Below are positions 39,075-49,621 of a stretch of DNA of 49,621 bases, piece after piece. The DNA is from Spirogloea muscicola (lineage: Eukaryota), in assembly GCA_009602725.1 (NCBI GenBank), contig WELB01000020.1, positions 665,182 to 714,802 on the forward strand, given 5' to 3'. The position numbers were made by a program, and so were the translations under genes. Each line of letters starts with the position of its first letter. The first letter of the stretch is position 1. The notes under the pieces were generated by a model. It had not been told where the DNA came from. It saw nothing but the letters and a program-made list of their open reading frames with translations, and did not search any database.

Positions 39075-40222
39075 CCAGATATGTATGTGTCTCACTCGTG
39101 GATACGGAGTGTTCCCCTTAGCCAGCTTATTGCCTAGTTACCAGGACAGTCTTAAGGCTCCAAGAGGCCTCCCTTTGAATTTTATGAGCACCGCATGATC
39201 CTTTCACTTAAGCCACCGAGCCTCAAACGCCCCGGCCCGAGCACAGCTACTGCAAGTGGGCCACACTGAGCACCCACAAGAGGGAAGCTCTTCCAATCTA
39301 AGGTAGTGGCTGTGAAAGGCCAGCCCAGAGAGACCAAGTCCAATCCACAGGATGGTCCGTGTATGTCCTCAATGTTGGCAGCGACGTCTTGCCCCACTTT
39401 CACGGGTGCCAAGGCGGGGTTACGGCGGTCGAAAGCGACCGTTGCGGCCAAATCAGCGAATGGTGCTCAATTCACCGACAGAAGTGTCGGTGATGGCAGC
39501 CGGGCCGATTGTGCCTTGTGCGATGCCCGTCAGCCGCTTTGACGTGATGGGGCCTGACGGACGTGGCCGTGGATGTGGACGTGACAGGAGTCAAAGCGGG
39601 AAGAAGCTGCGGCTGCTGCAGCTGCGGCTGCTGATATGCAATGAGCAGCTGTAACAGCGGCTCTAAAAGCGGGGCAGTGACGGCGGCCGACTTTCCCGTG
39701 CTGGCCCCCGCGCCTGCTGACCGAGGCTGCTGCCTGCTCGGTCGAATTGGAAGAAAGTGCTCGCCCATTGAGAATAGGGGCTGGAACAACCAGCCCGAAA
39801 AAGAATGAAGAGAGTACGAGAAGAGGGCCAGGGGAAGCGCTAAGAAGCAGAAATAAAGCAGCTACGAGACACTCAGTAACCCCTGCTAAGCAGCCGCAGA
39901 TCAGAGATGCTGGGGCTCCTGGAAGTGGGTCCCCTGGCCAGAGCCAGAAGAAAGTGCTCGCCCATTGAGAATAGGGGCTGGAACAACCAGCCCGAAATGG
40001 AATGAACAGAGTACGAGAAGGGGGACAGGGGAAGCGCTAAGAAACAGAAACAAAGCAGCTACGAGACACTCAGTAACCCCTGCTAAGCAGCCGCAGGTTA
40101 GAGATGCTGGGCTCCTGGAAGTGGGTCCCCTCGCCAGAGCCAGAGGCAGCAGCGAGGGCTCTGCCGGCACGAAGGTGCAGCGCCCGGGCCATGGACCTCT
40201 GCAGCGAGACGGCCAGGCGCAT
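39075..40222. mobile_element. CRE-like fragments: + strand 3' piece (~39075-39190), - strand motif (39280-39335) and two head-to-tail - strand 3' ends (39750-39947, 39948-40222)
   Basis: 39078-39190 aligns with ~915-1030. The - strand from 40222 reads MRLAVSLQRSMARALHLRAGRALAAASG..LRLLSRGY*. 39750-39945 is a near-identical shorter copy. Confidence 0.85.
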
Positions 40223-40869
40223 TTGAAGTTAATTGGGGCTGGCGTTCGGTCAGCTAATGCCCCTGTCGGATAGTCGCCTCCTGCTTCTGCTAGCAATCCA
40301 ATACGTCAATTGGAGCTTGGTTGACGACCAGTACAATGAGCGGACGGATTTTCTGGAGAAAGCTTGCGTGATCTCACAATAGGCAGCTGCTGAGGAGCCA
40401 AGCCAGCGAGCCTGAAGTTGCTCAAAGAGAGAGCACTCGTGCGACCCGCTATTGCATCAACAATCCAGCCGAGCACTGTTCTTTCGAGCTGAAAAGGTGA
40501 TCAATAACTGCAAATGCCCTTGTTATAGTAGAGTGCTTATTAGCTTGATTCCTGTCTCCCACAATCTTCGGCAACCGCACGCCTCGCTTCTCGTTGACCC
40601 CAGGAGATAGTAAACGGGAAGACAGTAAGAGAATTTGAGAAGCGAGCTCTATAGGGTGAAGGCAGTGCCTGTGAGATTGAGGAACGTCCCCACTGGTCCC
40701 TTTCCCCAGCCCTCCTTCGCAGCCAGCCTTCGGCACCACCACTTGCAGCGGCTACGTCCTACTGGGGCAGTTCCTCAAGGGCCCGTACGGCGCGCTGAGT
40801 ATGGGCGGCCTGCGCTCTGGGGCTTACGATGGTCACAAGGAGCGGCTGCAGCCCACAGGCCATCTGAGG

Positions 40870-43567
40870 ATGAAGGCTCCATTGGTGGCATCGAGCTCGT
40901 TGCTGGCATCGCCCTCGTCCTCGTCACCACCGCCGATGCTAAGCGCCGACGGCGGCAACGAGGACGCTGATTGAGAGGATCTTAAGCACATGGAGCTCGT
41001 CGAGAAGGCGAGGATGAAGCCTGAGGCCAAGGAGGCTGGCGCTGTGCCTGCTGTTGCTACCAACAGCCTTACAATCGTGCTCGTGGGAAAGAGTGGAAAT
41101 GGTGAAGTGCAACAGGGAACTCCATCCTGAACAAGAAGGCATTGAAATCTGCACGCAGTCGGCGTGCTGTGACGTCAACGTGTGAGCTCGTGCACGTCGA
41201 CCTGTCGGATGGCCGCCTCATCAATGTCATTGACCCGCCAGGTGCATCCTCGCCCTGTACAACAGTAGAATGCTCAACAGGCGCATGACTTGTCTATGCT
41301 CCATGCATAATTTCTTGTTCTATAAATATACATGCTGAGGCATGTGATAATAGCCACTCTACACATTGGATGGAGTAAAAGTTGGTCCTACTGAGCAATT
41401 TGCGCATCTCTCAAGGCTTGCTGTCCAGGCCTCTTTGACCCAGTCACGTCCCATGAAAACTCCAGCAAAGAGATGAGCCAATGCATTGCACTGGCCAGGG
41501 ATGGAGTGCACGCCCTCCTGCTAGTCCTTTCCATAAGAAACAGGTTCACAGCCGAAGAGGTTGCAGCAGTGGATAGGCTGCAAGTCATTTTTATGGTGAC
41601 AATATTGTAGTATTACATGATCATTGTTTTTACCGGAGGAGACGAGCTGGAGGAATCCTCCGATGACTTTTATCAGATTGCCCTGACTTTGGGCCCCTGC
41701 AGGTATGTGTCTGCATGGAGTGGAAGCTTTCATAGAATATTGCACAAGAGCATTATTACACCAATCCCACATGCACATCCTTGCCTGTCCTGCTATCTCC
41801 CTTTCAATGTATCGGCTTGAATTGGCCTGCATTTCATTTCATGCGCCCCGCGCGCCTTCTCTCCCTTTCTAGTCTTGTTCTTTGTTACTTCTTGCTAGAC
41901 AATGGTACTCTTTCCAACATGACATGAATCCAAGGTCAATTTCTCAAGAATCCTGCCCTGCTGGGACTCCGTGCCTGGATATCTCCATTTGCACTTTGTG
42001 CTTTCAAAACGTTTATGTAATGAATTCTACATTAAGTATGCATGCATGGGCAGGCCTTGCTTCAGCGGTGTGGTGATAGAAAAGTCGTCCTTGACAATAA
42101 GACCAAGGATCCTACAAAGCAAGTGCGACAGAGTCAGGAGTTGCTGGATATGGTCGAGAGCCTGGTACAGATCAATGGTGGCCAGCCATACATAAATGCC
42201 CTTTTGCCAAGAAGCTCAGGTAGCATCTTTTCTTGTACTTCCAGCAGTTAGTCTGAGCCATGCAAGCAAAAAATCTTTATGATTATAATTTTTCAGGCCA
42301 TAGACAACGGACATGTTGAGGGCGGTTGTAAACAAAAGCTTACAGCCCAGCAAAGAAAAGTTTGTCTGGCAGGAGACAGCTGAGAAGGCCAAGGCAGCGC
42401 TTATTAAATAGATGGATGAGCTTGCCCATGGTGACGTCAAGTTAGAGGAGATGTTACAAGCTTGCAGAGAGGAAATGCAGGCCTTGCATGAGGAGCAGAT
42501 GCATCAAGTAGCCATCAAGGTAGGAAATTGCTGCCTTGCTTGCTTTGTCTGGCATTTCCGCACTTATACTTAATGATCACTATACATAGACAGGCACATG
42601 ATCATGGAGATATACTGCCTAGCCTGAAGAGCGGACGACCTCACACACTGCTCCTGAAACCGAAGTCCTTATGCACTCCAGGTTGGAGGGGGGTTGCGGA
42701 AGCAAGTTGAGGAGCAGCAGCGCACGATGCAGGCACGGCAGGTGATCCTAGAGGAAAGCCTGGCAAAGGAGATCAGAGTGCGTGAAGTTGCTGAAAGAGC
42801 GGCCACAGAGGAGAGGGAGCAGGCTGGCAGAGTATGTCCTTTCATACAGCACAGTCCAGCTTTTGGTCGTTATGTATCTCAGTCCTTGTCCAATCTGCTC
42901 AGAGAAGCCAGCTGAGAGACTGGGTGCGCAAGCAAGCTGAGCAGAAGAAGTCAGTACTAAATGAGCAGCAGCCAATGTTCAAGGGGGGCCTGGCTAGAAA
43001 GAGACTGGCGCATGAGGAGGCACAAAAGGCAGCCAAGGAGGAAGCTCTAGGCTGGCAAATAAGTACCACGAAGTAGCAGTCTTGCTACTTTGTAGCTTAT
43101 ATCTTCGGTCGATCGAGTTGTCGTGTAATTTCCTGAGTTCAACTTGCTCATGCACTCCAGGTTGCAGAGTTGCTGCAAGAGCATTCTTTCCAGCAGCTGC
43201 ACGTCATGGAGGAGCAAAGAATTATCCTGCAGGAGGTGCTGGACGGGAAGGCACGGGTGGAATCGCAAAGTGCGGCCAGGGAGGAGAGGCTGCAGGCTGA
43301 CCAAGTAAGTACACCCGACCTCCTGCTTGGGTCTTTGTAAGTCCACTTGTGTTCCTAAGCCTGACGTTCTCAATAAACTCCAAAGTTGCCGAGGCGTTAC
43401 ATGCGCAAGCTAAGCAGGCCATCCTAGAGTCTATGCTGGAAATGGAGAAGAAAGCGCGCGAGGAGGCGAACAGCAATCTGCTGCAGATGAGGGCCGAGCT
43501 TGGCAGGTTGTATGAGCAACAAGCAAGTCTGAGGCAGCAAGCTGAACGCGGCTGCACCATTCTGTAA
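40870..43567 (+). pseudogene. Pseudogenised tandem duplicate of the AIG1/IAN GTPase
   Basis: Colinear with 35381-37566, including introns. TGG(W) has become TGA at 40972-40974, there is a frameshift in the P-loop (~41101-41108) and another frameshift near 41590-41610. It ends RGCTIL*. Confidence 0.88.
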
Positions 43568-44109
43568 AGACTTGCTTGGCAGCTTAACTGCAAGTCGCGT
43601 AGCAACTCCATGTCAGCAACTAGATTCTTATGAGAGCACCTTAAGCAGGACAATCATCGATTATCTCCAGGCGTTGCTGCGGCCTGATATGTCAATACTG
43701 CGGTGGTTCTGATGTTGCCTTCTCCGGTGATCCCACATCTGTTGTCCGTGCAAGTCTGCGTCCCGCTACCAGGCAATCAGCCACTTCGTGCGACGCGTGC
43801 CAGGGACCCAGCGGCAGCATGGCGGCAAGTGAAGCAAGGCAGCCCTGGCCTGCAGAGCCTGCCGGTGCTCCTGGGCATTCAACAGAAGCAGCCCGAGTGG
43901 CCTCCCCCCTCTTTGCGCACCCCATCGCCCCTCCACATCCAGCATGCGCTTGTAGTCCTACTGCGCAAGCCACTTCCCTCGGCGAGCATTTAGTCGTTCT
44001 GGCTGAACGACGATCATGGCTGGGCTGCACTCCTGCCGCATGGCAGAGCAAGAGATCGTGTATTAGAAAGAAATGTAGGCCAAATGGCCGGGTACAAAGG
44101 CAAGCACAT

Positions 44110-44680
44110 CTAAAATCTACATAACCTACAGCAGATTGACCCGCTCAATAACCACGGGTCAAAACATAAAGGTCACTACTCGATGCATGAATACTAGATG
44201 CCAGGAACGGAGCCCTTCTGCCACCTACTAGAGCTCGCCCAGCTTTCTGGTGCAAGGCACTAGCCTGAGCACGCTGCAAACAGGCCGAAACTCGTCGTCG
44301 CAAGAGCGACAGATATGCAGCTGGCAAGCCCATCTCAGCCGGAAACACATCTGCACGTCGAGTGTAGCCTAGATTGGCAATGTATTGAAGCAGAGTGTGG
44401 AAGCGAGGACCCAGACAGCCAAAGATGTCGATTGCAGCTGGCAGGAGTTGATCGCATTGGGGGTAATCGGAGTAATGCCGCAGTTTTCTTTGCTCTGCTC
44501 CGCCCACTGCGTGCCCAGCAATGTGTGTTGATGCTGGGCCGTTATATGCCTCCGTAACAACAACGTCGACCAGGGCCCGTGGTCCTCCACCAGGTTGCAC
44601 GCCCATAATGTCAAGTGTGCGGCGATGATGACGTCCCTGGGCGTCCGTGGTGATAGGCATGATATTGTTGACTTCCAGAT
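44110..44680 (-). mobile_element. 5'-truncated CRE-like LINE of a further subfamily, RLE ORF open (44680-44145)
   Basis: RRTLDIMGVQPGGGPRALVDVVVTE..AEQRKLRHYSDYP..LLPAAIDIFGCLG..RRRVSACLQRAQASALHQKAGRAL..YVLTRGY*. Confidence 0.85.
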
Positions 44681-44769
44681 CGGGTGCCCCCCCCGAAACC
44701 TATCCGTTGGGCCGCCGTGACGGCGTCGGTGAATAAGCCACCGGCAAGCGCGCCTTTGCCCACCAGAGG

Positions 44770-46025
44770 AGAAGCGGCTCTACCGAGGGGGCGATGGCAG
44801 TGACAAGTCAGCCCACAAAAGAAAAACTGCGGCTGCTGATGATAAAAGAATGGCTGTAAAAGGCATACAGTGGGTGTTGAATAGTGTACCAGCGGAGCCA
44901 GAAAAGAGTGAACAAGGAAGAGAGAAGAAAGTGCTCACCCATTGAGGCTAGGGGAAGAGAGAAGAAAGTGCTCGCCCATTGAGAATAGGGGCTGGAACAA
45001 CCAGCCCGAAAAAGAATGAACAGAGTACGAGAAGGGGGCCAGGGGAAGAGAAAGAAGAAAGTGCTCGCCCATTGAGAATAGGGGCTGGAACAACCAGCCC
45101 GAAAAAGAATGAACAGCGCGGCCAGATTGACTGGTGGCTGGGAAAGGCCAGCCCAAAAGAATGGACAAGGTCTGAGGGAGTTTGAGTGAAGAGAAGAAGG
45201 TGCTCGCCCATTGAGAAAAGGGGCTGGCAAAGCCAACCCAAAAAGAATGGACAATGTTCAAAGCCAAAGAAAGAGGTGCTGAAAAAGGACTACACTACAA
45301 AGTGCAAGATGGTGCAGAAGGAGATGCAGATGGCTGCTCAGTATCCACGTGTGAGCAACAGCAGATCAGAGTAACTCGGAGCAGGAGAAGCGGCACTTTG
45401 CGGAGACCCGGAAGCAGCAGCCATAGCACGGCCAGCCCGCGCGTGGACCGCATGAGCCAAAGTGCGCTGCAGCGAGACCGCCAGCCTCATCCGAAAGACC
45501 TGCGAGAGGGAGCCNAGAGAAAGAAAGAGGTGCTGAAAAAGGACTACACTACAAAGTGCAAGATGGTGCAGAGGGAGATGGCTGCTCAGTATCCACGTGT
45601 GAGCAACAGCAGATAAGAGAAAGAAAGCAGCTACAAATTACTCAGTAACCCCTGCTAAGCAGCCGCAAATCAGAGAGGCTAGGGTCCTGGAAGTGGGTCC
45701 CCTGGACAGAGCCAGAGGCAGCAGCGAGGGCTCTCCCGGCACGAAGGTGCAGCGCACGGGCCATGGACCTCTGCAGCGAGACGGCCAAGCGCATGCGATA
45801 CACTTGCGCCAGCGACCCGGCTGCAGGAAAGTCTACCGGTTCACCATGGAAGCGACGGGGATAAGAGAGGACTCGCCAGTCCCCCTCCCGATCAGCAAGT
45901 TCCAGAAGGCTTGGAGAGGCATCATCACATGATGCCTCCCCATGCGCTTCCCCTGGCCCCCATCTCGTACTCTGTTCATTCTTTTCTGGGCTGGCTTTTC
46001 CAGCCCCTATGGGCGAGTACCTTCT
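44770..46025. repeat. Head-to-tail array of short - strand CRE-like 3' ends from several subfamilies (44770-45830), plus one + strand 3' end (45945-46025)
   Basis: agaa(a/g)gtgctc(g/a)cccattgag occurs at ~44926, 44964, 45056 and 45196. LLLLTRGY* and LRLLSRGY* ORF ends lie at ~45340, 45587 and 45642. A single N is at 45515. Confidence 0.85.
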
Positions 46026-46463
46026 TCACATAACCGGGGCATGGTCATCACTCGCGCCCGGCGGCTTCGCTTGCGCTCCCCCACTCGCTGCCACGTGGCA
46101 CGCCTGCAGAGAACAGGAGATTGCGATTGTCGACATTAATAGCTCTGAACCCGCGGGCCTCGTTGCCCGCCGCCGCCGCCGCCGTCGCCAACGCCGCCGC
46201 CGCAACGAGCGGCGGTCCGAGCGCGATAACAAACGGTTGTGAGTATTATACTCAACGAGTTTGCCCGTGTACATTTGAAGTATCCCTCATCAGGCACATC
46301 AAGTCCAAATGTCTTCTTATGAGTGGTTTGTGCATACAAACCAACGTGCCATCGCTGTGACGGCTTTTCAGAATCTAAATCTATGGCCTGTGGCCGCAAA
46401 TCTGAGTGCTGAGCACAATGCTAGTCTTCTGAAGTGGCCATGATGCCTCTTTCCTTAAGTATG

Positions 46464-49621
<3,158 letters not shown>

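Noticed and set aside
44920..45260. CRISPR-like array (recurrent ~25-bp motif with variable intervening sequence)
   Set aside because: The intervening sequences are continuations of the same retroelement 3' end with irregular lengths. The context is eukaryotic and there are no cas genes.
45976..46008. snRNA or spliced-leader RNA (Sm-like ATTCTTTT..GG followed by a hairpin)
   Set aside because: The motif lies directly downstream of the retroelement stop codon in intact contexts and shows no other snRNA features. Only an Rfam search could revive this idea.

Overview
This is intron-rich, GC-rich eukaryotic nuclear DNA of a green plant. It is most consistent with a streptophyte alga, inferred from the leaf-type FNR, ARC6, TTTAGGG repeats and a streptophyte-like cob fragment. 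Spliced genes read by hand: TatD DNase (-), ferredoxin-NADP reductase (+), ARC6 (+), ARP6 (-), an uncharacterised Cys-rich protein (+), CHID1/GH18 (+), an AIG1/IAN GTPase with a CaaX end plus its pseudogenised tandem duplicate (+), and a 4CL-like acyl-CoA ligase with a PTS1 (-). Most intergenic intervals contain patchwork clusters of a CRE-like non-LTR retrotransposon superfamily (zinc knuckle + restriction-like endonuclease, ORFs ending 'L(T/S)RGY*'). No RT catalytic core was recognised anywhere in the window. The best candidate for something undescribed is the behaviour of this family: diverged subfamilies share a covarying 3' stem-loop, their 3' ends occur as 22-64 bp micro-insertions with apparent target-site duplications inside other copies, and they build head-to-tail arrays with fold-back junctions. 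Also present: a cytochrome b NUMT, an inverted pair of Gag-like zinc-knuckle remnants, degenerate telomere repeats in an ARP6 intron, a 472-N gap and a terminal 124-nt poly-A run. Exon boundaries and family assignments come from manual reading and recalled motifs, not from searches.
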